Shown here one piece after another: positions 1 to 10,591 of a DNA stretch of 64,000 nt (its first letter is position 1; each line of letters begins with the position of its first letter). This DNA comes from Candidatus Eiseniibacteriota bacterium. GTDB lineage: Bacteria > Eisenbacteria > RBG-16-71-46. The notes beneath the pieces are model-generated. The model did no database searches and had not been told where the DNA came from. It saw only the letters and a list, made by a program, of their open reading frames with translations. Position numbers and translations under genes: made by a program. Location of the stretch: NCBI GenBank assembly GCA_963744995.1, contig CAVUWA010000011.1, positions 128,001 through 192,000 on the forward strand, given 5' to 3'.

Positions 1-1
1 G

Positions 2-772
2 TACACGTTCGACAAGATCGGCGCGATGGCGCGCTCGGCCGCGGACTGCCGCGCGGTGCTGCAGGCGATGGCGGGGCACGACCCGCTGGACCCGTCGTCC
101 TCTCATGAGCCGGTGGCGCTCGGGCCGAACACCGGCCGCGAGCCCGGCAGCCTGCGCGCCGCGCTGATCCCCGCGGACTTCACGCAGAAAGGCGCCGAAG
201 CGCCGGTGAAAGAGGCGTTCGACCGCGCCGTGGACGACCTGCACGCGCTCGGCGTCACGATCGAAGAGGCGAAGCTCCCCGAGTTCCCGGCTTCCGAGGT
301 CGCCGGCTTCCTGATCGGCGCCGAGGCCGTGTCGAACTTCGAGGCGTTCTACCGCGACGGCACGATCTCGCAGCTCTCCGACGCCCTGGCGCCGTACCAG
401 CCGGAAATCCTCGAGGTCGCCTCGCCCGCCGACGTGGTCAAGGCGTGGCGCATGCGGCTCGAACTGCAGAAGAAGACGGCCGCGTTCTTCGAGCGCTGCG
501 ACGTGATCGTCGCGCCCAACTTCCTGTCGGTGGCGCCGCCGGTGGATCGCGATCTGTACGAAACGCTCCCCTACGGTGATCCGGTCGGCGCGATCGGCAA
601 CGCGTGCGGGCTGCCGGCGATCGCACTGCCGTGCGGGCTCGACCCGAAGGGCATGCCGATCGGCTTCCAGGTCGTGGCCGCGCCGTTCGAAGAAGCAACG
701 CTGCTCAAACTCGGCGAGCGCTACCAGCGGCGCACCGACTACCACCGCCTGCACCCGCGATTCGACGGATGA
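2..772 (+). CDS. Amidase signature family protein (GatA-like), 5' truncated by window edge
   Basis: Open frame from base 2 (YTFDKIGAMARSAADC...); C-terminal GLPAIALPCG...GMPIGFQVVA...EATLL pattern typical of amidases. Confidence 0.85.
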   Translation, partial: YTFDKIGAMARSAADCRAVLQAMAGHDPLDPSSSHEPVALGPNTGREPGSLRAALIPADFTQKGAEAPVKEAFDRAVDDLHALGVTIEEAKLPEFPASEVAGFLIGAEAVSNFEAFYRDGTISQLSDALAPYQPEILEVASPADVVKAWRMRLELQKKTAAFFERCDVIVAPNFLSVAPPVDRDLYETLPYGDPVGAIGNACGLPAIALPCGLDPKGMPIGFQVVAAPFEEATLLKLGERYQRRTDYHRLHPRFDG

Positions 773-2169
773 GCCGGCGTCCGGCGAACCCGACCGGCAC
801 GCCGGAGCGGGTCCCCGCGCCGGATGCCCCGCCGGGTCCGACCATGGACCCGAAGGAGCCGTCGTCCAGGCATGCCGCGCACGACGTGCGCGCGCCCGGC
901 GTGCACGCGGACAATTTCCACTTCCCGAAGGGCTTCCTCTGGGGCGCCTCGACCTCGTCGCATCAGGTCGAGGGCGGCAACACCGGCAACGACTGGTGGG
1001 CCTGGGAGCAGGCCGGACGGGTGCCGGATCCATCCGGCGCCGCGTGCGACCACTACCGGCGCTTCCGCGACGACTTCGACATCGCCCGCTCGCTCAACCA
1101 CAACGCGCACCGCTTCTCGCTCGAGTGGAGCCGCATCGAGCCCGAGGAGGGTCGCTTCTCGGACGAAGGGCTCGCCCACTACAGCGACGTGATCGACGCG
1201 CTGATCGAGCGTGGCATCGAGCCGGTGATGACGGCGCACCACTACACGCTGCCGATGTGGCTGGCCGAAAAGGGCGGCTGGGAGTCGCCCGGGATCGAGA
1301 AGCACTACGCGCGCTACATCGCGAAGGTCGCCGATGCCTATGCCTCGCGGGTGCGCTGGTGGATCACGATCAACGAGCCGGTGGTGCACACGTTCAAGAG
1401 CTACATCATCGGCCAGTGGCCGCCCGGCAAGCAGCGCTACCCGTCGGCGTTCAAGGTCGTGCGGCACATGCTGCGCGCGCACGTGAAGGCGTACCACGCG
1501 ATCCACGAGCGCCGCGCGGACGCGATGGTGAGCGTCGCCAAGCACGCGCTGGCGCTCTCGCCGTGCGATCCGCACCGCTGGCGCGACCGCCTGTCGGTGC
1601 GGGCGCGCTCGTATCTGTTCAACCGCATGTTCTACGACGCGCTGCATTCGGGGGCGCTGCGCGTGCCCGGGCTGTTCTGGGAGAGCCTGCCGTCCGGGCG
1701 CACGCTGGACTTCATCGGTCTCAACTACTACACGCGCGACTTCGTGCGGAACACCGGCTTCACGATCCCGGGTCTGATCGGCAACCTGTGCACGATCGAC
1801 CAGCACCGCATGATCTCGAAGCGCAACGACCTGGGCTGGGAGATCTATCCGGAAGGCCTCGCGCAGTTCCTGCACTTCTTCCGCCGCTACGACGTGCCGA
1901 TTCTGATCACGGAGAACGGCGTGCCGACGGACGACGACGACGACCGCTGGGTGTTCATCTTCATGCACCTCTGGCAGGCGGCGCGCGCGATCGCCGACGG
2001 CGTGAAGGTGGCGGGCTACCTGCACTGGTCGCTGCTCGACAATTTCGAGTGGGCCGACGGCTACGCGGCCCGTTTCGGCCTGGTCGGCGTGGACTTCGCG
2101 ACGCAGGAGCGCACCGTGCGCGACAGCGCGCGGCGTCTGGCGAACATCATCGCGCGCAACGAGCTGTAA
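769..2169 (+). CDS. Glycoside hydrolase family 1 (beta-glucosidase-like)
   Basis: FPKGFLWGASTSSHQVEG, TINEP (acid/base), ITENG (nucleophile), WSLLDNFEW; ATGA overlap with amidase stop (alternative start 844). Confidence 0.93.
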   Translation: MSRRPANPTGTPERVPAPDAPPGPTMDPKEPSSRHAAHDVRAPGVHADNFHFPKGFLWGASTSSHQVEGGNTGNDWWAWEQAGRVPDPSGAACDHYRRFRDDFDIARSLNHNAHRFSLEWSRIEPEEGRFSDEGLAHYSDVIDALIERGIEPVMTAHHYTLPMWLAEKGGWESPGIEKHYARYIAKVADAYASRVRWWITINEPVVHTFKSYIIGQWPPGKQRYPSAFKVVRHMLRAHVKAYHAIHERRADAMVSVAKHALALSPCDPHRWRDRLSVRARSYLFNRMFYDALHSGALRVPGLFWESLPSGRTLDFIGLNYYTRDFVRNTGFTIPGLIGNLCTIDQHRMISKRNDLGWEIYPEGLAQFLHFFRRYDVPILITENGVPTDDDDDRWVFIFMHLWQAARAIADGVKVAGYLHWSLLDNFEWADGYAARFGLVGVDFATQERTVRDSARRLANIIARNEL

Positions 2170-2422
2170 CCCGCGCCTCCTCCGGCAGCGCCGAAGTGCG
2201 CTGCGGGACGAGCCGGTCCGCGCCGCGCCGGCAGAGGCCCTGCAGGGGGGTCGTGCGGCGCGGCGGTCCTGGCCGCGCCTCGCTGTCGCGGCCGCGACAC
2301 GCGATGCGCGGCTCAGGACCGCCGCGGCCGACGCGACCCCCCTTCAGGGCGCTCTGCCGGCGCGGCGCGGACCGGCTCGTCCCACACCCGCGGCCGCGGG
2401 CGCTTCATCCCGTCGCGGCCCG

Positions 2423-2431
2423 TGCTACCAT
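2423..2431 (+). promoter_or_regulatory. Extended -10 promoter element (TGcTACCAT)
   Basis: TGn-TAnnnT about 45 nt upstream of the RBS/ATG at 2477. Confidence 0.45.
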
Positions 2432-2476
2432 CGGCGTCCCGTGATTCCGTTCCTCCGGCCGAAATGGAGCCCTGCC

Positions 2477-3811
2477 ATGCGTTCGATCTTTCGCGCGCCC
2501 CTGCTGATCGCGGCAGCCGCGCTCTTCTCGCTGTCCTGCGCCAGCGCGCAGGCATCGTTCAACGGCCTGCCGTTCATCGAGGACGACTTCAACGCCGCCC
2601 TCGCCCAGGCCAAGCAGAAGGACGTGCCGATCTTCGTGGACGCCACGGCGTCGTGGTGCCACTCGTGCCTGTCCATGAAGCAGTACGTATTCACCGACTC
2701 GAAGCTCGCCCCCGTGGTCGGCAAGTACGTGTGGCTCGAGCTCGACATGGAGAAGCCCGAGAACGCGGCGTTCCGGACGAAGTACCCGGTGCAGGCGTTT
2801 CCGACCTATTTCATCATCGACCCGCGCAACGAGAAGCCGCTGATCCGCTGGGTGGGCGGCTGCTCGGTGGACCGCGTCCTGGCGCTGCTCGACGAGGCGA
2901 CGCTGGCCTATCAGGGCAAGACCCCGGCGCGGCTCGCCGAGGCCGACGCGCTCTACGGCGAAGGCAAGAACGCAGAGGCGATCGCCGCCTACCAGGACGT
3001 GCTCGACACGGCGACCCCCGATGCGCCGTACTACGCGCGCACGGTGGAGTCGCTGCTGTTCGCGCTGTCCATGGCCGACAGCTCCGAGCGAGGGCTGGCG
3101 CTCGCCGAGAAGACGCTGCCCCTGCTGCGCCACGCATCGTGCGCGGGCAACATCGTCTCGTACGGGCTCGATTTCGCGATCGCGCTGCCCGAAGACCAGG
3201 CGGACCGGCCAAAGCGCATGGCCGCGATGGAGCGCGAGGCGCTGGCGATCGCCGAAGACAAGTCGCTCGACCTCGCGGCCGATGACCGCTCGGGCGTGTA
3301 CATCGCGCTGCTCGACGCGCGCGACGCGGCCGGTGACGAAAAGGGTTACCGGATGACCGCCGAGCGCTGGTCCGCCTTCCTCGAAGGGGCGGCGGCGGCG
3401 GCGAAGACGCCCGCAGCGCGCGCCGTGTTCGACTCGCACCGCCTGAGCGCGCTGCTCGAGCTCGGCGAGCCCGAGAAGGCCGTGCCGTTCCTCGAGCAGT
3501 CCGAGCGCGATTTCCCCGACGACTTCAACCCGCCGGCGCGGCTCGCGATCGCCTACAAGGCGATGAAGCAGTGGGATCAGGGCATCGCCGCCGCGAACCG
3601 CGCGCTCGCCAAGCCCGACACCGACGGCCCGCGCCGCCTGCTGATCCTCCAGTACCTGGCCGACCTCTATACGGGCAAGGGGGACAAGGACGCCGCGCGC
3701 CGCACGCTCGCCGACGCGGTGCAATTCGGCGAGAACCTCCCCGAAGGCCAGCGCGCCGATTCGCGGGTGGCGGCCCTCAGGAAGAAGCTCAAGGCGCTGG
3801 GACCGGCGTAG
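2477..3811 (+). CDS. Exported thioredoxin-domain protein with C-terminal TPR-like helical repeats
   Basis: Signal peptide, WCHSC active-site motif, cis-Pro region AFPT, then helical repeats; GGAG RBS. Confidence 0.8.
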   Translation: MRSIFRAPLLIAAAALFSLSCASAQASFNGLPFIEDDFNAALAQAKQKDVPIFVDATASWCHSCLSMKQYVFTDSKLAPVVGKYVWLELDMEKPENAAFRTKYPVQAFPTYFIIDPRNEKPLIRWVGGCSVDRVLALLDEATLAYQGKTPARLAEADALYGEGKNAEAIAAYQDVLDTATPDAPYYARTVESLLFALSMADSSERGLALAEKTLPLLRHASCAGNIVSYGLDFAIALPEDQADRPKRMAAMEREALAIAEDKSLDLAADDRSGVYIALLDARDAAGDEKGYRMTAERWSAFLEGAAAAAKTPAARAVFDSHRLSALLELGEPEKAVPFLEQSERDFPDDFNPPARLAIAYKAMKQWDQGIAAANRALAKPDTDGPRRLLILQYLADLYTGKGDKDAARRTLADAVQFGENLPEGQRADSRVAALRKKLKALGPA

Positions 3812-3822
3812 GAAGGCGCGCC

Positions 3823-4320
3823 ATGGGCACCCCGGGCCGGGACTTCGTGGCGGGCAGCCTTTCCGCTCCCGGCGGGGCTCCGCCCCGGGCCCCGTCGGTG
3901 CGCCATGGATGGATCGCTGCGCTGATGCTCGCCGCCGGCCTCTCCTCGTGCACGGGCCTTCCCACCCGGCCGATGTTCGGGCCCGCGGCGTCCGGTCCTC
4001 TGACGCGCGACATCCGGATCGGCGTCGGCGCGGGCGCCGACAGCGGAATGGTCGCGAGCATTCACTACACGATGCGACTCGAGGGCGATTCCCGGGTCAT
4101 CGACTCGACCTATGGTCGCGGCCGGCCTTTCTCGTTCACGATCGGCACGGGAATCGTCATCCGGGGTCTCGATCTGGGCATCCTCGGCATGCGCGTCGGC
4201 GGCCTGCGCGAGCTCGTGATCCCGCCGGAACTCGCCTACGGCAGCCATGGTATTCCCCCGGTCATCCCGCCGAACTCGACGCTGGTCATGCGCATGGAGC
4301 TGATCGAGCTCTCGCGCTGA
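3823..4320 (+). CDS. FKBP-type peptidyl-prolyl cis-trans isomerase, probable lipoprotein
   Basis: PFSFTIGTGIVIRGLDLGILGMRVGGLRELVIPPELAYG...IPPNSTLV; LSSC lipobox-like; start uncertain. Confidence 0.88.
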   Translation: MGTPGRDFVAGSLSAPGGAPPRAPSVRHGWIAALMLAAGLSSCTGLPTRPMFGPAASGPLTRDIRIGVGAGADSGMVASIHYTMRLEGDSRVIDSTYGRGRPFSFTIGTGIVIRGLDLGILGMRVGGLRELVIPPELAYGSHGIPPVIPPNSTLVMRMELIELSR

Positions 4321-4364
4321 AACAGCGTTGACATCGCGGCCCCGCCCGGCAACCTTCCGCGACC

Positions 4365-5720
4365 ATGAGGCTCCCGAACCTGCTCGCCACGAAGAACGGC
4401 CGACTCGCGGCCTTCTTCTCGCTGTACCTGACCGAGGGCATCCCGCTCGGCTTCACCGCGACCGCGATCGCCACGCAGATGCGCCGCCAGGGGCTCGGTC
4501 CCGCGGAGATCGGCGCGTTCGTCGGTTCGCTCTACCTGCCGTGGGCGTGGAAGTGGGCGGTCGGCCCGATCGTCGACATCTTCAGCTCCGACCGCCACGG
4601 CCGCCGCCGCACCTGGATCGTCGCCATGCAGGTGATGATGGTGCTCACCCTGATGGCGGCGCTGCCGGTGCACTTCACCACGCAGGTGAAGCTGTTCACC
4701 TTCATCATCCTGATCCACAACATGTTCGGCGCCACGCAGGACGTCGCGATCGACGCGCTCGCCGTGAACGTACTGGCGGAGAAGGAACGCGGGCTCGCGA
4801 ACGGCCTCATGTTCGGCGGCGCCTACCTCGGCCAGGCGATCGGCGGCTCGGGCGTGCTCTACCTGACGCCGCTGATCGGCTTCAACTCGACCTACTTCTT
4901 CGTCGCGGCGGTGATCCTCTCGGTGACGCTCACCGTCGCCCTGCCGATGCGCGAGCGCGCCGCGCCGCCGCGCGAGAGCGCGCAGGGGCCGAAGGGCCGC
5001 GCCGCCTGGCTCGAGATCCGCCGGTTCGTCGTGGATTCGTATCGCGCGTTCACCGGTTCGCGCGCGGCGTTCCTCGGCGTGCTGTTCGCGCTGCTGCCGG
5101 GCGGCGCCTACGCGCTCGGCCTCGCGCTGCAGTCGAACCTCGCCGTGGAGCTCGGGCTCACCGATCCGCAGGTCGCGACGCTCAACCTGTGGTCCACCGT
5201 CATTTCGGCGCTCGGCTGCGTGGCGGGCGGCTTCATGTCCGACCGCTTCGGCCGCCGCCGCATGCTGGCGCTGTTCTTCGTCGGCACCGCGCTGCCGACG
5301 TTCTACCTCGCCTGGGTCATGCAGCAGCACGGCTGGATCATGCCGGTGCCTCCCGACATGGCGAACCGGCCGGTGCCGGCCGCGTCGCTGGTTTCGATGT
5401 TCTGGGCGATGACCATCACCTATTCGGTGTTCCAGGGACTCATGTATGGCACGCGCACGGCGCTGTTCATGGACGTCACCACACCGAAGGTCGCCGCCAC
5501 GCAGTTCACGGCCTACATGGCGATGCTCAACCTGACGATCAGCTACAGCGCGTCGTGGCAGGGCTGGGCGATCGAAAAGTGGGGCTACCCGCTGACGCTC
5601 GCCGTCGACGGCGTCGCGGGGCTGCTGTGCATCGCGGTCCTGCCATGGATGGTGGTGAGGAACAAGCACGCCGGGCCGACGCCGGGCGCCGAGGCGATCC
5701 CGGAAGCGGTCCAGCCCTGA
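4365..5720 (+). CDS. MFS transporter, AmpG/muropeptide permease-like
   Basis: LYLTEGIPLGF, PWAWKWAVGPIVD, ATQDVAIDALAV, ATQFTAYMA motifs; about 12 hydrophobic segments. Confidence 0.85.
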   Translation: MRLPNLLATKNGRLAAFFSLYLTEGIPLGFTATAIATQMRRQGLGPAEIGAFVGSLYLPWAWKWAVGPIVDIFSSDRHGRRRTWIVAMQVMMVLTLMAALPVHFTTQVKLFTFIILIHNMFGATQDVAIDALAVNVLAEKERGLANGLMFGGAYLGQAIGGSGVLYLTPLIGFNSTYFFVAAVILSVTLTVALPMRERAAPPRESAQGPKGRAAWLEIRRFVVDSYRAFTGSRAAFLGVLFALLPGGAYALGLALQSNLAVELGLTDPQVATLNLWSTVISALGCVAGGFMSDRFGRRRMLALFFVGTALPTFYLAWVMQQHGWIMPVPPDMANRPVPAASLVSMFWAMTITYSVFQGLMYGTRTALFMDVTTPKVAATQFTAYMAMLNLTISYSASWQGWAIEKWGYPLTLAVDGVAGLLCIAVLPWMVVRNKHAGPTPGAEAIPEAVQP

Positions 5721-5892
5721 GCGCGCGCGCGCCGCGCCGCAAGTCGTTGTGATGCAGCGGGTGGCGCCTGCAACCCCCGGCCGCCGTGCCGGGGACGATC
5801 GCGCTGATCCCGCTCAGCCGCGGGCCCGCCACCGCCGATAACGATGGAGCCCGGGCATGGCCGCCCGGTGCGCATCCGCACGGAGGCACCTC

Positions 5893-7785
5893 ATGAACGG
5901 TCCGGCCCGCACCGCGCCTGCGATCGCCCTCGCCTGCACGCTCGCTCTTCCCGCCAGCCCCGGCGCGACGACGCGTCACGGCGCCGGGGAGGTGATCGAG
6001 CGGTGGATCGAAGCAAGCGGCGGCCGCGAGGCGCGCGACGCGCAGCAGACCCTGCACGTAAAGGGCCGGCTCACCGCCGCCGAGCTGCACGGCACCTACG
6101 AGTTGTGGCTCGCCGCGCCCGATCGCTGGGCGATGCAGATCCGCCTCGGCTCGCTGCACATCCGTGACGGCTACGACGGCGAGACCGCGTGGCGCACCGA
6201 CCTGTCGGAGCGCAAGGTGAACGTGCTCGAGGGTCCGGAGCTCGAAGACGCACAGGAACAGGCGTTCTTCCTTCACGAGCGCTGGTGCGCGCCCGACCAG
6301 GGCGGCGCGAGCGTGCGGCTCGGCGCCAGGGTCTACGGCGCGGACGCCAGCTACAGCGTCATCGAGGTCACGCCGCCCGTCGGCCACACGCGCCGCATGT
6401 TCGTGAACGACAAGACCGGCCTGATCGACAAGGTCGAGTCGCGCGACGATCAGTACACGTCGGTCGAGCGCTGGAGCAACTACCCGAAGCACGAAGTGCG
6501 GCGCCGCCACCGGACGGTGCAGTGGGGCTACCCGCGCTGGGGCGAGAAGGATCCGGAGAAACTGCAGATCGACTCCGTGATCGTGAACCCGCCGATCGAC
6601 GAGGCGGTGTTCTCGCCGCCCGAGCTGCGCGCGCGCCGCATCCGCTGGGTCGGCACGCAGGGCAGCGTCAGGATCCCGTTCCGCTACGGCACGCGCCACG
6701 TGTGGGTGAAGGTGTCCGTCAACGGCTCGGCGCCCGCGGACTTCATCCTCGACACCGGCGCGAGCACGACGGCGATCGACCGCGACTGGGCCTACGAGGT
6801 CGGACTCGAACCGGAGGGCCGCAGCGTCGCGCAGGGTGTCGGCGGCGTCGACGAGATGCGCTTCGCACGGGTGAAGTCCATCTTCATCGATGCCGGCAGG
6901 GGACGGGGCGTCCGGCTGCCCGACTTCCGCGTCGGGCTGCTCGACATGGCCGAGGCGTTCGCGCCGACCCTGTGGCGGAAGCCCGCGGGGCTGCTCGGCA
7001 GCGACTTCCTCAGCCGGTTCGTCGTCGACGTCGACTACGACACGAACGTCGTGACGCTGTACGACCCCGAGACGTGGGTCCCCGCCGACGGCGCGACGGC
7101 GGTGCCGATGAAGCTCTACGGCAACATTCCGACCATCGCCCTCACGCTCGGCGACGACTGCGGCGGTCAGTTCCTGGTGGACGTCGGCAACGGCGGCGGG
7201 CTCGACATGCACGGCGAGGCGGTACGGCGCTGCCGCCTGTTCCGCGGGCTCAGGCGCGAGCGCGTCGAGATGTACGGCGGCGGGGTGGGCGGCGTCTTCC
7301 GCGTCACGCTGTGCCGCATGGACAGCCTGTCCATCGGGCCGTTCTCGTGGCAGGAGCCGATCGTCGGCCTCTCGCTGCACGGCCAGGGCATGCTCGGCAG
7401 CAAGGAGATCGCCGGCAACATCGGCAACGGCGTGCTCGAGAAGTTCCGCTGCGTGTTCGACTACCCGGGCAACCGGCTGTGGCTCGCGCCCGGGAAGCAC
7501 TTCGGCGAGCGCGACCGTCTGACGCGGCTCGGCGCCCTGCTCGTGCGCCTGCCGGAGCGCGTGATCGTCGGTCCGGTGATCCACGACTCCCCGGCGGACG
7601 AGGCCGGCCTCAAGCTGTTCGACGAGGTGCTCGAGATCGACGGCCGGCCCGCCACCGCCTGGACCCGCGAGCAATACGACCGCGAGATCGAGGACGGCGC
7701 GATCGGTGCGGTGCACACGCTGCGTATCCGCCGCTGGCGCGTGGACGAGATGACGGTCGAGGTCACGCTGCGCGACGTGCTTTAG
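5893..7785 (+). CDS. Secreted aspartyl protease family protein (N-terminal LolA-like region, two retropepsin-like domains, C-terminal PDZ)
   Basis: FILDTGA, GLLGSDFL, FLVDVGN, GNIGNGVL, SPADEAGLKLFDEVLEIDG; GGAGG RBS. Confidence 0.85.
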   Translation: MNGPARTAPAIALACTLALPASPGATTRHGAGEVIERWIEASGGREARDAQQTLHVKGRLTAAELHGTYELWLAAPDRWAMQIRLGSLHIRDGYDGETAWRTDLSERKVNVLEGPELEDAQEQAFFLHERWCAPDQGGASVRLGARVYGADASYSVIEVTPPVGHTRRMFVNDKTGLIDKVESRDDQYTSVERWSNYPKHEVRRRHRTVQWGYPRWGEKDPEKLQIDSVIVNPPIDEAVFSPPELRARRIRWVGTQGSVRIPFRYGTRHVWVKVSVNGSAPADFILDTGASTTAIDRDWAYEVGLEPEGRSVAQGVGGVDEMRFARVKSIFIDAGRGRGVRLPDFRVGLLDMAEAFAPTLWRKPAGLLGSDFLSRFVVDVDYDTNVVTLYDPETWVPADGATAVPMKLYGNIPTIALTLGDDCGGQFLVDVGNGGGLDMHGEAVRRCRLFRGLRRERVEMYGGGVGGVFRVTLCRMDSLSIGPFSWQEPIVGLSLHGQGMLGSKEIAGNIGNGVLEKFRCVFDYPGNRLWLAPGKHFGERDRLTRLGALLVRLPERVIVGPVIHDSPADEAGLKLFDEVLEIDGRPATAWTREQYDREIEDGAIGAVHTLRIRRWRVDEMTVEVTLRDVL

Positions 7786-7804
7786 CGGCAGGCCCCCGCG
7801 CCGG

Positions 7805-10591
7805 CTACTTCGCCGGTGGCGTGGCGGCCGCGATCAGGGCGGGCCTGCGCCGCGCGATGAGCCGCGCGAAGTCGGGGCGGTCGCGGATCGCCGCGAGATC
7901 CGGATCGTACTCGGCGCCCTGCAGCTGGCCACCGTTTTCGATCGAGCGGTGCAGCCACTCGAACGCGCGCTTCGCGTCGCCGCGGCTCGCCCAGTAGCCG
8001 CCGGCGAAGTAGCAGAGGTCGGGATCGTCCGGGCGCTGGTCGAGCCCCGGCCTGGCGAGCCCGTACAGCGAGTCCGCGCGCACGGTCTCGCCGTGCGCGG
8101 CCAGCAGCGACGCGAGCGACAGGTACGCCCAGACGGTGTTGCGATGGGCCGCACCGAGCGCTTCCTCGAGGATCCGCGCACCGGCCCGATAGTGGCGCTC
8201 GCCCTCCGCCGGGCGCCCCAGCGTGTACTCCGCCTGGCCCAGATAGACTTCCAGTGTCCCCAGCAGGCGGTTGCCGGCCGGCAGCGAACGGCGGCCGATG
8301 TCGAGCGCGCGCTCGAACTCCGAGCGCGACGTCTCGATCCGCCCCTCGGCGTAGTGCACGATCCCGAGAAACCCGATCGCGGTCGCGCGCACCGGCGTCA
8401 CCGGGCCGATCACCCGTGCCGCCAGAGCATCGCCGCGCGAGAGGTAATCCTCCGCGCCGCGCAGATCGCCGGTGAAGTAGCCCGACATGCCGACGCCGAC
8501 CATGCCGATGGCGACGTCGGGGTGGTCGGGGCCGAGCCGCTTCCTGCGGATCGCGAGGCACCTGAGCTTGTCGGCGAGGCTCGCGGCGTAGTCGTGGAAC
8601 CCGTCGTCGAGGATCGTCGCGCGCGCCTGGAGCGCGCGCAGGACCTTCAGGTGGTCGGGGCCGTAGATGCGCTCGAGCTGCGCGACGGCGTCGCGCGCGT
8701 AACCGAGCGCCGCGTGAAAGCGTCCGCGCTGGTACTCGAGGTAGGCGAGCGCCGTGCGCACCTCCGCCACCTCGGGATCGAGATCGGTGGTGCTGGTCTG
8801 CGCCTCCGCGAGCGAGCGCTGCAGGTTCCCGCTGGCCTCGTCGTACTCGCCGCGCGTCATCTCCACCATGCCGAGCTGGGTGCGAACGTTCCAGCGCTCG
8901 CGCCACGCGCTGCCGTGATCCCGGTCAAACGTCGCGAGCGCGCCGGCGTAGAGGCGCTTCGCCTCGTCCATCCGCCCGCGCCGCGCGGCCAGCTCGGCGC
9001 GCGCGACGTCCAGCCGGGCGCGGTCCAAACTGCCGCGCTCGAGCGAGCGAGCGGCAAGGCCGCCGGCGACCTTCAGCAGCGAGTCGGCCACGTCGAAGCT
9101 GCCGTGACTGATGCGCACGCGCGCGATCACGCTCAGCAGGCGCACCTGCAGCGCGGGCTCGCCGGCCAGTTCCGCGCGCACGTAGCCCGTCGCATCGTCG
9201 AGCAGCTCGCGCACCGTGGTCGAGTCCGAGCGCGAGCGGAACGGGTCGGCGCTGAACAGCATGCGCTGGATCAGAAACGAGGTGCGGTTCGCTGCCTGCG
9301 CTTCGCGCTCGGCGTGGTCGCGTTCCAGCGCGATGCGCGCCGCCTGCACCGACATCACCACCGCGAACACCATCAGCAGCGCGACGAAAGCGGCGCCCGC
9401 GCCGAGCGCGAGCCGGTGACGGCGAACGTATTTCGCCGCGCGATACGTCCACGTGTCGCCGCGCGCCGTCACCGGGAGCCCGGCCTGGTGGCGGCGCAGG
9501 TCCTCGGCCAGCTCGTCCACCGTCGCGTAGCGGCGATCGGGCTCCTTGCGCAGCGCCTTCATGACGATGTCGTCGAGGTCCCCGGCCAGCCGCCGCCTGA
9601 GCCCGCCGGCGTCGGCCGCAGGGGTGGGGGCGCTGTCGGCCTCCGGCGCCGCGGCACGCGTGGCCACTTCGCTCGGCTTGCGCGGCTCCGTGTCGCAGAC
9701 CAGGCGCGCCACCTCGCTCGGCGTGCGGGAGCTGAACACGTAGGGACGCCGGCCGCTCAGCAGCTCGTAGAGCAGGACGCCCAGCGAATACGTGTCGCTC
9801 GCGGTCGCCACGCGACCGCCGCGAATCTGTTCGGGACTCGCGTACTCCGGCGTGAACACCCGCCAGTCCGGACGCGTCACCGCGATCGACGCGGGCAGCG
9901 CGCTCGGGTCGAGCACTTTGGCGATGCCGAAGTCGAGCAACCGCACGCGGCCGTCGCCATCCACCAGGATGTTGCCGGGCTTGAGGTCGCGATGCACGAT
10001 CAGATTGTGATGGGCGTAGCGCACGACGTCGCAGACCGCGCGGAACAGCTCGATGCGCTGGTCGATGTCGAGGTCGTGCTCGGCGCAGTAGCGGTCGATC
10101 GGCACGCCCTCGACGTATTCCATCACCAGATACGGCAGGCCGTCGTCCGTCGTGCCGCTGTCGAGCAGCCGCGCGATCCCCGGGTGTTCGAGCTGCGCGA
10201 GCAGTTCGCGCTCCACGCGGAAGCGACGCAGGACGTCGTCGGTGTCCATGCCGCGCTTGAGGATCTTGACGGCAACGCGCTTGTGGAACTCCTCGTCGGC
10301 GCGCTCCGCGACGTACACCGCCCCCATCCCGCCGATGCCGATCACCGCCTGCAGGCGGTAGGGCCCGAGCCGCGCGCCGACGCGTTCTTCGCTGTGTCCT
10401 CCGGCGGCGTGGATCTCGGGGTCGAGGAAACGGCCGGCGGCCGCGTCCGCGTCGAGCAGGGCCTCGACTTCAGCGCGCAGGGCGGTGTCACCGGCCGAGG
10501 CGCGTTCGAGGAATGCGTCGCGCGCCGGGCCTTCGAGGTCGAGGGCCTCGAAGAAGATCTCGCGCATCCGGGCGTCGCGGTCGTCGCTCAC
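7805..10591 (-). CDS. Hanks-type Ser/Thr protein kinase with TM segment and extracytoplasmic TPR repeats
   Basis: GIGGMGAVY, VAVK, HRDLKPGN, DFG, TPEYASPE; hydrophobic helix then TPR_12-like repeats; GTG start overlapping ECF stop. Confidence 0.93.
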   Translation of the reverse strand: MSDDRDARMREIFFEALDLEGPARDAFLERASAGDTALRAEVEALLDADAAAGRFLDPEIHAAGGHSEERVGARLGPYRLQAVIGIGGMGAVYVAERADEEFHKRVAVKILKRGMDTDDVLRRFRVERELLAQLEHPGIARLLDSGTTDDGLPYLVMEYVEGVPIDRYCAEHDLDIDQRIELFRAVCDVVRYAHHNLIVHRDLKPGNILVDGDGRVRLLDFGIAKVLDPSALPASIAVTRPDWRVFTPEYASPEQIRGGRVATASDTYSLGVLLYELLSGRRPYVFSSRTPSEVARLVCDTEPRKPSEVATRAAAPEADSAPTPAADAGGLRRRLAGDLDDIVMKALRKEPDRRYATVDELAEDLRRHQAGLPVTARGDTWTYRAAKYVRRHRLALGAGAAFVALLMVFAVVMSVQAARIALERDHAEREAQAANRTSFLIQRMLFSADPFRSRSDSTTVRELLDDATGYVRAELAGEPALQVRLLSVIARVRISHGSFDVADSLLKVAGGLAARSLERGSLDRARLDVARAELAARRGRMDEAKRLYAGALATFDRDHGSAWRERWNVRTQLGMVEMTRGEYDEASGNLQRSLAEAQTSTTDLDPEVAEVRTALAYLEYQRGRFHAALGYARDAVAQLERIYGPDHLKVLRALQARATILDDGFHDYAASLADKLRCLAIRRKRLGPDHPDVAIGMVGVGMSGYFTGDLRGAEDYLSRGDALAARVIGPVTPVRATAIGFLGIVHYAEGRIETSRSEFERALDIGRRSLPAGNRLLGTLEVYLGQAEYTLGRPAEGERHYRAGARILEEALGAAHRNTVWAYLSLASLLAAHGETVRADSLYGLARPGLDQRPDDPDLCYFAGGYWASRGDAKRAFEWLHRSIENGGQLQGAEYDPDLAAIRDRPDFARLIARRRPALIAAATPPAK